NCBI GenBank assembly: GCA_016748015.1
Contig: JAAOMT010000275.1
Coordinates: 186,001-250,000 of the forward strand
DNA from: Geosiphon pyriformis uo1
Lineage: Eukaryota > Fungi > Glomeromycota
DNA: 64,000 nucleotides
Direction: 5' to 3'
Shown here: positions 1 to 13,019 of the stretch, piece by piece
Layout of the letters: the number at the start of each line of letters is the position of its first letter
How positions within the stretch are numbered: position 1 is the first letter of the stretch
Program-made: the position numbers and the translations under genes
The notes under the pieces: model-generated
Databases searched by the model: none
What the model saw: the letters and a program-made list of their open reading frames with translations, nothing else
Told to the model about the DNA's origin: nothing

Positions 1-319
1 AGAGAAAAGCTTCTTCTAAGTTTTGGATATTAACATTATTTTGGTAGCTTACTAGAAGAGTAAAAAAACAATGCTAGACCTTAACAACTGCACTTATTAG
101 TATGAAAAAAAAAAGCTCACATTTATGAAAAACATTGTAATTTACAAAAAACAAACTCTGTGCCTTATAACCAAAGAACTCAGCAGGTAGACTCACATTC
201 AGGAATAGAACTTCAGAGACTGATAACACTAACAATATAGAAGAAGCAGACAATCTTGAAAGATCTAAAAATAGAGCACCAAACATTACCATCATATCTT
301 ACTTAGTTTACCCATAACA
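1..319 (+). mobile_element. 3' portion of a family-A LTR (truncated by window edge), abutting LINE copy 1 ORF2
   Basis: Colinear with 24537-24862 and the reverse complement of 1511-1830. Ends GTTTACCCATAACA at 319; no PBS follows; next 4 bp are ATAC. Confidence 0.85.
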
Positions 320-3139
320 ATACACCTTTGAAATTCTTCTATGTAAACACTCTTGTGAGTAAACTACCAACCAATGAATTGACTAAACCCAAATCAAGAC
401 ACTTTTTGAAACTAGCACATTTACAAGAACCATTTTTATTAAAATTGCCATCTAAGATAATAAAAAATAATTCATTTACAGCTTTAGCAACCAGAGAGTT
501 GATTTCACTAGTCTGAAAAAACTAAACCACTGAGAAAGTATTAGTGTATAGCCCCAAAATTGAAACAGAAAGTTTATTTTTGAAAAGTAATCTGATGGAA
601 AGGAGCTAGTCAGAAATCTCAAAAACTTTATACACATGTCTTGTCAAAAAAGAATTCATAATAATTACAACACTAGCACCTAAATACTCAGAATTCAAAC
701 CAGAAGTAAACATCTGAACATCATTAAATTTGTTGACAATTCATAGACAAATTTTTTCTTTCAGCTTTGTTTCCATGAAAATAAAAATCAAATTGTTTAT
801 CTCTTTGTGTCAACAAATAATATCTATCTGTTTAACAGAATTGTTCATTCCTCTAATATTATATGTTGCAATTTTTCATATCAGACTACTTATTAAAAAA
901 GAGATTTAGGAAGCACATTACCAGCCAAAACCAAACCATTAAAACATGCTAATAAACTTAGAACTAAAGCAGTAAGCTCCTTAAGCATATTCTCTAATTG
1001 CACCATATTAAAAGAGGCAGAAGAGCCCAAAACCACAACAGTTTTACCACTAGTGATTTCATCTGAGCTCTTTCTTATCACTATATTGCTCATCTGATTC
1101 TGTAATAGGAAGGTTACTGACAGTTAATGTCCAGAGTTAGACTGAAAAATTGTTAGCATGAGTGACTTCAACCTCTTAGCCAACTTACCAATTTGTTCTG
1201 TAAGACTGGTAAGACTGTTTTCAATGGTAACCAAACATAATTTCAATCCATTTATAACAAATGAGGGAGATTTTATCTCTGAAAAAAAACCAGAATCAGC
1301 CAAAACATTGCATACAGGAAGAGAAGGGAAAAAGAGCCTATTAACAATCTTCACCCAAGAAACATCACCAAAAGAAACAGAGTAAGCAATAGATACTGCA
1401 CATTTGGCATAAATGGTTACCAGTCTGCTTTTATTTTTATCAGATAGCATCTTATGAGAAGAGACACCAAAAAAAATTTTTCTATGGAAGTACAGCCCAA
1501 TGATGTATGCTGTTACAGATAAACTTGATAGAGTATGGTGGTAATGTTTGGTGTTCTAATTTAGTGTTCTAAGGTTGTATGTTTTTTACAGAGTTGATAT
1601 TTATCAGTCTCTAAAAGTCTTTTTTGGATGTGAATTTACCCATTGAGTTCTTTTGTTATAAGACACAGAGATTTGGTTTTTGCTGATTACAACTTCTTTA
1701 AAAATATGAGCTATCTTCTTTAAGCTAATGAGCACAGTTGTTAGGATCTAATGTTGTCTTTTCACCCTTCTGGTAAGCTAACAAGATAATATTAATATTC
1801 AAAACTTAAGAGGAGCCTTTCTCTTTTACCAGGCTATCACGAAATCTATTCTTAGACAGTCAATTTTCTTATGTTGCCACTCCACAAAAGAAAAATAAAA
1901 AATAAAAGAAAATAAAAAAAAATAAAATAAGAAATAAGTGTTTTATTAATAACTGTGATCAAGAGCTATTGTGCCAGCAGGTTAAGTAATAGATAATAAC
2001 ATAGATTTGAAGAATTAAAAGGATATTTTATTGATATAATTCTATTTTGGTTGATAGCAACTATTCTTGAAAGGAGGAGTATTTAATAATTATGACCTGC
2101 AAGTCTAATTGACTTCTAAAAGTCTAATTTTCTCTCCAAATGTCTTTTTAACTTCTACAGCTACTCATTTTATACATTTTTTTTATTTTATGAGATTGCT
2201 TCTAATTGTTTTGTTATTGCTAACTATTGCTTTGCTATTTCTGTAATTGCTTTGTTTTTTTATATTATTACTAGTTATTCTATGTTATAACACATTATCT
2301 GGTGTTATTACATGTTATTCTGTGTTATTCTACGTTATAACACATTATCTTGCATTATTTTAAGTTATAACATTGTTACAAGTGATTTTTTGGGGTGTCA
2401 AGTAAATAACAAACCCATAACTTGGTGCTTAAGATAATTGGTGACAATGATAATCTGAAGATATTTTATCTGAAGGTTTTCTAATTGAGTTCTTTGTATA
2501 ATGAACAGAGATTTAATGGTAACATTTTATCAGTAGTTTCTTGGCACTGTAGTTTTGCCGATTGCTTGCTCAGCTTAATGGTTGATGATTCTTCTGGTAT
2601 AATATCCTCCATAAGTGTATACCAGTGTGGTTTTCTGATGTTAGTTCCTCCATAAGTCCTCCAAAAGTAAGTATTGTTTCAAGTAAGTTTATTCCTCTGT
2701 AAGTCCTCTAAGAGTAATTATTTTTTAGTAAGCTTTATTCCTTTGTAAGTCCTCCAAGAGTAAATTCTTTAATCAAATTAGTAGACAACAAAGAAAATAA
2801 AGAAAGATAAAAGAGAAAATAAGAAATAAGCCAAGGCAATTTGCAAATTAGTATCCTGTCAATAGCCATGATCAAGAGCTATTATTCCAGTATGGTTAAG
2901 TATCAGTTACCATCAACATGAAGTGTTGATAGTGGAGAATGAATTTGATATAGTGAATAATTATTTATTTGAGGATTGTGGTAATTAAGCTAAAAATTTT
3001 TGGTGTTTTTTCTCTTTTTTTTTTTTAATTTTAATAATTATAATTTTGTAAGTCTAATTGATTTTATGAGTCTAATTGACTCTGTGAATCAATTGATTCT
3101 AAGTTCCATTGACTAATTTTTTAACTTCTGATACTACTG

Positions 3140-3325
3140 CTATATATACATATTTGAGATTCTTCAATTCCTCAATTCTTCATGTCAGGAATCCTGAAAT
3201 TCCTGGAATTCTGCAATTCTTTTGAGAGAAATCCTGGAATTCTGGCATCCTGTGATTTCTCATATGAAAATCCTGCAATTTCTGGAATCTTGCAATTTCT
3301 CTAAGAGGAATCCTGGAATTCCACA
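3140..3325. repeat. Array of short GGAATTCC/GCAATTCC-like motifs in U3 of LTR-B (also ~5160-5310), putative enhancer array
   Basis: Many imperfect 8-9 bp copies (aatcctg, aattcctg, gaattctg) near the U3 end of both B LTRs. Confidence 0.55.
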
Positions 3326-3392
3326 TTTACTACGTCTACCTATGATTGGCTAATTTATATGCTAATATACTTCTTAAATTTTATGAGTAACA

Positions 3393-3408
3393 TTATTCCC
3401 TCCTTTAA
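3393..3408 (-). promoter_or_regulatory. Polypurine tract of element B
   Basis: Minus strand reads AAAGGAGGGAATAA immediately before the 3' LTR TGTTAC. Confidence 0.8.
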
Positions 3409-4357
3409 TATTGAGCTTCTACGAAATCTGCGAAATCTTCTAAATCTCTCTTTTGTATCAATGTTGTTGTGGTAATTTCTATTGCTATTTGTAAATCTAA
3501 TTTTATATGTGACTGGGGTTTTTAACTGTAGTGGTCTGTTCAGAATATCTATGTTCAAATCTTGCATCTGTATTATGTGCATGTTCAGACATAATGCCCT
3601 CATTATTATCACTATCATTTGGTGTTTGAAGCAGAGTTTGAATTGTTGTTGGTAGAGTTTAAATTGTTGTTTGTCATTAGCAAAGTTTGAATTGTTGTTG
3701 TTATCAGCAGAGTTTGAATTGTTGTTGTCATCAGCGGAGTTTGAATTAGGATTAAGTTCCGATTCCAATTCCCATTTGTTTTCGCTGATTGGCTCTTCTT
3801 CAAATATATGATGCATGGGAGTGAATTGTGACTACATCCCAATATTCTGACTTAGAGCCGTCAGATGAGTTTTGCTGATTTATTGGTACTGTGGAAATTA
3901 GGTTTTATTGGACTATTGGAGGTAAGTTTTCTTGTATGATAGCGGGGTTTAAAATTTATCAGATTTTGAATGTTCGGTTTTTTTTTTTTTTGGATAATTC
4001 CCAGAGTTTGAATTGCTAGAGGTTTAACAAGTTTTATTGATAATAAGTTTCTTTGTACGATAGTGGGGTTGAAATTATCAGGTTTCAAATGTTTGGGTTT
4101 TTTTTTGAACGATTGGGTCTTGAATAATTGGAGTTTTAATTTAATGAGTTTTTAATGAATTTATTAATGATAATTTTCAAATGTTCAGAGTTTTAACAAT
4201 CAGGTCTTGAATAATTGGAGTTTTAATTTAACAAGGTTTTCAAAGGTAATAGTAAAATAAAGATTTCATGAATCCTAAGTGATTTTTTCTTGTTTTCTCT
4301 TGGTCTGCCACTTTCTTGCATGGTTGTTGTTGGTACTGGTTCTCTGTTAGATTATAC

Positions 4358-4373
4358 CTCACAGGAAGCACCA
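4358..4373 (-). promoter_or_regulatory. Primer-binding site of element B (TGGTGCTTCCTGTGAG); cognate tRNA not determined
   Basis: Starts with TGG 2 nt after the 5' LTR end. Degenerate equivalents at ~6928-6943 (A) and ~22720-22735 (C). Confidence 0.75.
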
Positions 4374-5003
4374 AATGTTATAAGTGATTCTTTGGGGTGT
4401 CAAGTAAATAACAAACCTGTAACTTGGTGCTTAAGGCAATTGGTGACAATGATAATCTGAAGGTATTTTATCTGAAGGTTTTCTAATTGAGTTCTTTGTA
4501 TAATGAACAGAGATTCAATGGTAACATTTTATCAATAGTTTTTTGGCACTGTAGTTTCGCCGATTGCTTGCTCAGCTTGATGGTTGATGATTCTCCTGGT
4601 ATAATATTCTCCATAAGTGTATACTAGTGTGGTTTCCTGACATCAGTTTCTCTGTAAGTTCTCTAAGAGTAAGTATTGTTTCAAGCAAGTTTATTTCTCC
4701 ATAAGTCCTCCAAGAGTAATTATTTTTTAGTAAGCTTTATTCCTCTGTAAGTCCTCCAAGAGTAAATCTTTTAATCAAATTAGTAGACAACAAAGAAAAT
4801 AAAGAAAGATAAAAGAGAAAATAAGAAATAAGCCAAGGCAATTTGCAAGTTAGTATTCTGTTAATAGTCATGATCAAGAGCTATTGTTCTAATATGATTA
4901 AGTATCAGTTACCATCAACATGAAGTGTTGATAGTGGAGAATAAATTTGATATAGTGAATAATTATTTATTTGAGGATTGTGGTAACTAAGCTAAAAATT
5001 CTT

Positions 5004-5034
<31 letters not shown>

Positions 5035-6119
5035 TAATAATTATGATTTTGCGAATCTAATTGATTTTATGAGTCTAATTGACTCCATGAATCAATTGAC
5101 TTTAAGTTTTATTGACTAATTTTCTAACTTCTGATATTACTGCTATATATACGTATTTGAGATTTCTTAATTCCTCAATTCTTCATGTCAGGAATCCTGA
5201 AATTCCTGGAATTCTGCAATTCTTTTAAAAGGAATTCTGGAATTCTGGAATCCTGTGATTCCTCATGTGAGAATCCTGCAATTCCTCTAAGAGGAATCTT
5301 GAAATTCTACATTTACTACATCTACCTATAATTGGCTAATTTATATGCTAATATACTTCCTATATTTTATGAGTAACAACGTATTATCTAACATTATTGT
5401 GTGCTATTCTGTGTTATGTCACATTTTGGTTACATTTCTTTATAACTTTGGATCAGTTTTTCTACTTGGATAATATTATTCCTCTCTTTTAGAATTGAGC
5501 TCTTGCAAAATCTTCTAAATTTCTTTCTTGTTTCAATGTTGTTGCTGTAATTTCTATTGCTATTTTTAAATCTATTTTGGTATGTAAATAGTGTTTTTAA
5601 ATTATAGAGGTCTGTTCAAGATATCTAATTTTAAATCCTGTATTTGTATTATGTGTATGTTTAGCCATAATGCCCTTATTATTATCATTGAATTGAGTTA
5701 ATTCCTGTTCTATTGTAAGATCTAAAAGTGTGATATATTGTTTAGTGTTTGAAGTGGAGTTTGAATTGTTGTTGTCATTATTAGCAGAGTTTAAATTATC
5801 TTCATTATTATTAGCAAAGTTTGAATTGGGATTAAGTTCTGATTCTAATTTTCGCTAATTAACTTGTTTTCCTTAAAGTTCAAATATATGATGCATGAAA
5901 GTGGATTGTGACTTGGGGCCATTAAGTAAGTTTTAATAATTTGTTGATCAATTTTAGTACTACTGATTCTCAAATTTTTTTTTTTTTTAAGTCTTTTTCA
6001 TATTAACACTTTCCCAATGCTGACTTTTGGCATAAAAAAAAGCAGTCTTCACATTGGTAAGTATAAATCTGGATAGTTTTTTTTTTTTTTTTGGAATTCT
6101 TCCAATGAATCTTTAAATA

Positions 6120-6820
6120 ATCAGAGTTTTGAATTTTTAGAGATTTAACAAGTTTTATTTGAGGTAAGTTTTCTTGTACAATAATAGGGTTGAACTTATT
6201 GGATTTCGAATATTCAGGTTTTTAATGATCAAGTCTTAAATAATTGGAGTTTTAACTTTAACAAGTTTTACTGAATGTAAGTTTTTTTCTATACTAACAG
6301 AGTTGAAATTTATCAGATTTCAAATATTTGGGTTTTAAACTATTGAGTCTTAAAGAATCAGAGTTTTAACAAGTTTTATTGAAGGTAAGTTTCTTTATAC
6401 AATAGTAGAATTAAAATTATTGGATTTTAAATAATTTTTGGAGTTTTTTAATTTAATAAGTTTATTAAAGGTAAGTTTTTTATACAATAGCAGAGTTGGA
6501 ATTATTGGGTTTTGAATAATTTTCAGAGTTTTTAATTTAATAAGTTTATCAAAGGTAAGTTTTTTATATGATAGTAAAATTGGAATTATTGATTTTCGAA
6601 TAATTTTCAGAATTTTAACTTTAACAAGTTTTTAACAAATTTATCAATGGTAATTTTCAAATATTTGGGGTTTTAATAATCAAGTCTTGAATAATTGGAG
6701 TTTTAATTTTAACAATTTTTTTTTTAATAAATTTATTAAAGGTAAGTTTTGAATGTTCAGGGTTTTAATAATTGGGTCTTGAATAATCAGCATTTTAATT
6801 TAACGAGTTTTTCAAAGAAA
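6120..6820. repeat. Imperfect tandem repeat (~85-110 bp units) inside element A; shorter version at ~3900-4250 in element B
   Basis: Recurring unit tttaacaagttttattgaAGGTAAGTtttt..acaatag..gaattattggatttt, about 7 copies. Confidence 0.8.
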
Positions 6821-9249
6821 ATGCTAAAATAAAGATTTTGCAAATCCTAAGTGATTTTTTTCTTGTTTTTTTTTGGTCTGCCACTTTTGTGAATTTCTGA
6901 AGTGCTCTGTCTTTGTGGATTTATAACTTTACAAGGAGCACTAAATGTTATGGGTAAACTTGATAGGGTATGGTGGTAATGTTTGGTGCTTTAATTTAGT
7001 GTTCTAAGATTGTATGTTTTTTACAGAATTGATGTTTATCAGTCTTTAAAAATCTTTTCTGGATGTGAATTTATCTGTTGAGTTCTTTGGTCATAAGGCA
7101 CAAAGATTTGTTTTTTGCTGATTACAACATCTTTAAAAATGTGAATTATTTTTTCCAAGCTAACAAGCACAGTTGTTAGGGTCTAGTGTTGTTTTTTTGC
7201 TTTTTTGGTAAGCTAATAAGTTAATATTAATATCTAAAACTTAGGAAGAGCCTTTTTTTTTTATCAGACTATCACAAAGTCTATTTCTAAACAGTCAATT
7301 TTCTTATGTTGCTGCTCCACAAGTGAAAAATAAAAAATAAAAGAAAATAAAAGAAAATAAAATAAGAAATAAGTGTCCTGTTAATAACCATAATCAAGAG
7401 CTATTATGCTAGCAGATTAAGTAGTAGATAATAATATAGATTTGAAGAATTAAGATATTTTATTGATATAATTTTATTTTGGTTAATAGCAACTATTCTT
7501 AAAAAGAAAAGTATTTAATAATTATGATTTGTAAGTTTAATTGACTTTAAGAGTCTAATTAACTCTTGAAAATCTAATTTTCTAATTTCTACAGCTACTT
7601 ATTTTATACATTTTTTTTGTTCTACAGGATTGTTTTTAATTGTTTTGTTATTGCTAACTATTGCTTTGCTATTTCTGTAATTGCTTCATTTTTCTATGTT
7701 ATTACTAGTTATTCTATATTATAACATATTATCTGGTATTATTATATGTTATTCTGTGTTATTTTATATTATAATGCATTATTCTGTGTTATTTTAAGTT
7801 ATAATGTGTTATCCAATATTATTGCATACTATTCTGTGTTATGTTATATTTTGGTTATGTTTCTTTATAACTTTGGATCAGTTTTTTTACTTGGATAATA
7901 ATGCCCTATTTTCTCACACTTAATGCATTTGAAAAAGCCTAGCCAAGACCAATACAGATTAACACTTCTTAGAACTAAAGTAGTTTTCATAACAGCATTA
8001 AAAAAATTAACAAAGTCAAAACACATCACAGCACATCTAGATTAGGCATATGTAATCAGATAACAATCAATAATATAAGTCTTGTCACCAATCAATTCAA
8101 TAAAGTCTTAGATATTATGTGTATTTGTTCCAACTGATAAAGTATACAACAATATCTTATGATTATCTCTTGCATCCTATAATACCTTGTCTATATTAGC
8201 CTTAGCAACACAAACTGCATCTTTCCTGATTAAGATAAACCATTCTGCCACAGCCAAATCGATTTGATCCATCTGTTCAAACTCAACTACAGCCTTCTGC
8301 TATAGTCCTATCAATTGTATCTTAATTAACTTAATTATTCCAAATTCAGACAGTGCAGTATACACAGCCTCAGTCAATGTTCCAACAGGAATTTTTTTTA
8401 CTACCACAGCCCAATCTAAACAACCAGTAGATTTCTTAAGATCAGTGTTTACCAATATATTCGCAGCTCTTGTCTTTTCTATAGCCTGTACCAAACTTGA
8501 TTCAGAAGTAAAGGAAGCACAGATGATCTTAGCAAATTTTGAGGAGGTAGAGGTCTCCCTCAAAACCATTGATTTTTGAAAATAATTTCCTGAAAACCAC
8601 AAGCTTCTCCTAAGATAATTTCTTAGCAATTTTATCCAAACCAATATTTAGAGTAAATGATTTTCTAATAGACATATTGACCAGATTTCTCAGCAAAGGT
8701 AGAAAAACTACAGGAGTATTTAAGAGAATTTTATCATTATCAGCATCATTCAAGAAATTGATCTTCCCTAATAGTATATCCAAAGCTTTTTTTGTCACTA
8801 ATCTTGGATTTTTTGGCATCTAATTAGAATAACTTTCATTAAACACATCTCTTTTATTATAATCCATACTGGTTTTTTTTATTAAACACTTCTTTTCTAT
8901 ATTGACACTATTAGATTCAGTGGTATCACCAGCTTTAGACTCCCAAAAACTACCAACCACTTTTTTAAACAAGGCCACTTTATGAACAGTACTATCTTTC
9001 AAAACACCATCTTTTTTTTTTTCTAAAGACAATATCTTTACCAACATTATTAGTACTAAAACCTTTAACAAATTTCTTCATTACAACAATATTACAGTCA
9101 ACAGTAGCTTTGTAATCAAGCAAGAAAGATTTGGATTTATTGTACTAAATTGTAAAAACTTTTTTCAAAAAAACTTTTAACTTTTTTTTGGGAATTTTGA
9201 ACAAAAGAGAGAAAGAAGTTTTTTTATTTTAAGTTTTTTATTTTTTTTT

Positions 9250-12114
9250 AAATATATTTAACTCACAAAATTATAGATTTTGTATATATTTTAAAGCATC
9301 AACCAAATTTTTTTGCTTTTTTTCAAAGTATTTTTAACAAAAAATTTAATAATAAAGATAAAAAACTAAGTTAATATATTTTTTAAAACCAAAAAATTGT
9401 TTTTTTTCAAAATATTAAACTTATAATAAACCACAAAAATATAATTAAACAAAATTTTTAAAAAATTTATTTTGTAGTTTTAATTAAAATAATAGATTTA
9501 ATGTTTATCAAATGTTTTTTTATTTGTATAACTTTAAAATTATCAAGTATCAAAAACTGTTTTCTTTAATAAACACTTATTAAACAAACTCAAACCAAAT
9601 TTAATATAAGTTTATTATAATGCTTTTATATTTTATTGGAAATTTCAAATAAACCAGCAATCTTTTTTTTTAAAAAAATTTTAACCAGTAAAAACTTATT
9701 AATATTAATTTTTAAAAATATATTATTATTAATATAATTAAATAAAACAAACTATTATAATTAGTAAAAAAAATATTACTTTTAAAAACATACTTTTTAG
9801 TCTAATTTTCTATAATTAAATTTATTTTGTTTTTAATTAAATCAGATTTTAAAATCAATTTTTATTCTAAATTAAATAATTTAATATTATTTTCTTAAAA
9901 AATTTTTCTAATACTCTTTTAATTATCTGTTTTTTATTATTAATAGCAGTTTTAATATGACAATTTTCGATAGTTTTGGCTTTAAATATCTTAAAAAATC
10001 TATAAATTTTTCTAAAGTAAATCAATATTTATTCAATTTTAATCTTATTGAAACTATTTTTAAAAGACTCTTTAAATTTTGTAGTTTGGTCTAAATTTAA
10101 TCTAACTTACTTATTTAACAAATTTAAAGTTTTTTTAAATTATCCGATTTAAATATCTTTAAAATCTTAAAAACAAATAATTTTAACTTAAAAAATTTAA
10201 AGATATAGTATTTTTAACCATCTTATTTTTTGGTATTATATTTTTAAAAGTACAGTATTAATTATAAAACACATTATTTAATTAAGCAGTATTTATATTT
10301 TATTAAAATTATTGTTTTTTTGTAATTTTTAAAGTTATTTACAAAACTTAAAACTATATTTAAAGATAAATCATTGAATTTTTTTTAACACTTTACTAAT
10401 ACTATTAATTTTGTATTTTTATTTGTTTTTATTAGTCTGTTTGTATATAAAATTAAACTAAAAATTAAAAAGATTTCTTAAACTAATATTCATAAAAATA
10501 ATTAAATAATTAATAATAAAAATTTTTTTAGTTAAATAAACTAATTAAGTATTAAATTCTGAAAACTATTACCAATTAAAACAAAATTAATATATTTTTT
10601 AACTCTTTTAAAATTAAATTACATTGAATTTTGTTGAAAAAAATTATTAAAAGTATTAAAAAACTTAAATTTAAAAATTTTCTGAAACTTATATAATAAT
10701 TGAAGTTATTTTTGTTGAAATTTTTTCTAAGAATCACAAATACATTATTGTTTAAAACTTTAGCTATTATTAAATTAATGTTATAAATTTAAACCAATTT
10801 TTTTTCAAAATAATATCAGTATACAAATTTAAAATTATAATTAATAAATAATTTTTAAACAGTAAATATATTAACAAAAGTTAATTAGTTATTTCTAAAA
10901 CTTTGTAAATATACTTAATATTTATAATAATTTTAATATTAAAATTCAGATAATTAGAATTGATATTTAAAGTAAAAATTCTGATTTTATCAAATTTGTT
11001 TTTATTTTTTAACTTTGTTTATTTCTTTGTATTAATAAATAATATTTAATTATTTAATAAAATTGTATTTTTTGTATATTATATGTAGCAAATTTCCAAA
11101 TAAAACTAATTATTGTAAAAAAAAAAAAAACCAAAAAATTTAATTTAATTAAAATTATACTAATAAAATCTTTTAATACTAATAATTTAGTTTTTAAACT
11201 GCAAATTTTTGCAATAAAAACTTTAAATTTTTTCAATTTAAAAATAGAAATCCAATTATAATATTATATAAAAAAAATTAAAAATCTAAAACATCTATGT
11301 TTATAGTTAATTTAGCAATAGTTAATATATTGATTAATAAAAGTAAAACTTAAAAAATTATAAAAAAAATTAATAAAAACAAATTTAATTTATTAAAAAT
11401 TACAAAAATTTTATTAGCTAAAAACATTCAAATAAACATTTAAAAAAAAATAAACAACAAAAATTAATTAGATATTAGATCAAAAAAACAAAATCATAAA
11501 ATCATTATAATTAATTATTTATATTAAAAAAAAACCACTAAAAAATATAAGTAATTAAAACTGGTTTTTTGATATAAATAACAAAAAGTTTATATTTATT
11601 TAGATTTAAAAAATAAAAACTAGATTAAAACTTAAAAATTAATAATGTATTAAAAATATATATAAAAAAAACATGATTAAAATTTTTATAAATAAAACAA
11701 AAAAACTAATTTAATCTTGCTTATTTTAGATTAAAGCTTTTAAAAACTAAAATTAATATTATATTTTTCTTAAATTAAAACAAATAATAATACATTTAGT
11801 TTACATATATATAACAAGATAATAATTAATTATATAGGTTTTTTATTAACAAAATCTACAAAATTTTACAAATTGTATATTATTATTTTTAATAATAAAG
11901 TATAAAACAAAGTTTTATACATATTTTTAATATTTTATGATATTTTATTAATATTAGTCTTAATTATTTTAACTATATTTTTCTAATTAAAATAGATTAT
12001 TTAAATACTAAAAAATTAACTTATAATTTATAAACTTAATCAATATCTTTTGTTACAATTTAATTAATTATATTTTAATTAATTTAATTTTGTCAAATTT
12101 AAATAATATAGTAT
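9250..12114 (-). mobile_element. Heavily eroded LINE copy 2 (3' part of ORF1, 5' part of ORF2)
   Basis: FKFDKIKLIKI*LIKL*QK near 12.1 kb and KICSLKTKLLVL...FIWKFATYNIQKI at the ORF1/ORF2 junction match the other LINE copies. Extreme AT content. Confidence 0.7.
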
Positions 12115-13019
12115 TATTACAGATAATTATTTGAAACATTAAAATAAATAACTTAGTGCTCAATGGCTAATTATATTATTGGTGATTTTTAAAAGTTGTC
12201 AGATCAAAAGTATTGGTTGAATTTTTTGTATAATAAACAGAAATTCACTTAGTAATTGTTTTTTCGAATTTTTTTTTCAGCATAAAGACTGATTTAATCT
12301 AATAATTATGCTTTTTTGGTAAGCTATTCTTAAGTTTTTGTTTTTGTTTTATGGGTTTTTTACCAACTTATTTTTAATATTAATATCTCAATACTTAATC
12401 TCTTAATTAATTATCAAACAACAAAAAAACAAAAAAAAAAACAAGAAATTAATATTTCATTAATAGCCATAATTAAAAATTATTAGTCTAGTATAATTAA
12501 ATGGCAAATGTTATTAGCATGAATTGCTAATGGAATTAGAAAATAATAATTTTAATTTAATAAAAAAAATAACATAAATTGGATAATAAAATAATAATTT
12601 ATTTAATATTTAAATAATTCTATTTTAAAATATAAAAAACTATTTTTTGAAAGAAAAAATATGTTATAAATATTTATTGTTAACTAACTAAAAACTTGTT
12701 TGAGTTTTTTTTTATTTCTAATATTACTATTATATATATATAATTTTTATTATATAAGATCTCACATATTTCTATTTTTTTTTTATGCTACTTTCTAAAA
12801 CTGTGTTTTTTTTAGCAATGTGCTTATTTTTTGTGAATGTACATATTTCTAAAAATGTGTTGTGATTTTTTAACAATATGCTTATTTTTTGTAAATATAT
12901 ACATTTCTGAAAATATGTCCATATATTAAGTACTATTTTTTTATTAACCTATTCTTATAATATGTTTTCTTTTTTTTTTATTGTACTTTTTTTTTATAAA
13001 TAATATTATCTTCTTTTTT

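Larger units (their letters stand above)
2374..5378 (-). mobile_element. Non-autonomous LTR retrotransposon B (LTRs 2374-3392 and 4376-5378; ~1-kb internal region) nested in the LTR of element A
   Basis: Two ~1-kb LTRs TGTTA...GAGTAACA, TSD ACAT/ACGT, PBS and PPT. The host LTR-A sequence resumes exactly after 5382. Confidence 0.92.
1511..7900 (-). mobile_element. Non-autonomous LTR retrotransposon A (LTRs 1511-~5475, interrupted by element B, and 6946-7900; ~1.5-kb internal region)
   Basis: Two ~0.95-kb direct repeats with TGTTA...TAA(C/T)A ends, perfect 4-bp TSD ATGC (1507-1510 / 7901-7904), PBS remnant next to 6946, PPT-like tract ~5477-5492. No RT or integrase. Confidence 0.9.
320..9230 (-). 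mobile_element. Degenerate LINE copy 1 (ORF1 ~9047->893; start of ORF2 APE endonuclease ~895->320), split by LTR element A at 1511-7900
   Basis: Fragments VVVKKIPVGTL...SEFGIIKLIKIQLIGL and LENMLKELTALV are homologous to ORF1 of the 26.5-34.5 kb LINE. Removing the insertion restores the knuckle CIKCEKIGHTSLGC. An APE-like start (KIATYNIRGMN) follows ORF1. Confidence 0.85.

Noticed and set aside
74-295. 73-aa ORF and similar short ORFs in LTRs (19422-19637, 30481-30723)
   Set aside because: They lie in LTR sequence or cross LTR junctions, and the frames are not preserved between LTR copies.
3355-3816. 153-aa ORF as an intact gene
   Set aside because: Frameshifted mosaic of the Asn-rich linker and out-of-frame dUTPase remnant, running into the LTR.
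6120-6820. CRISPR-like repeat-spacer array
   Set aside because: Whole units are homologous with no unique spacers, the context is a eukaryotic retroelement, and there are no cas genes.
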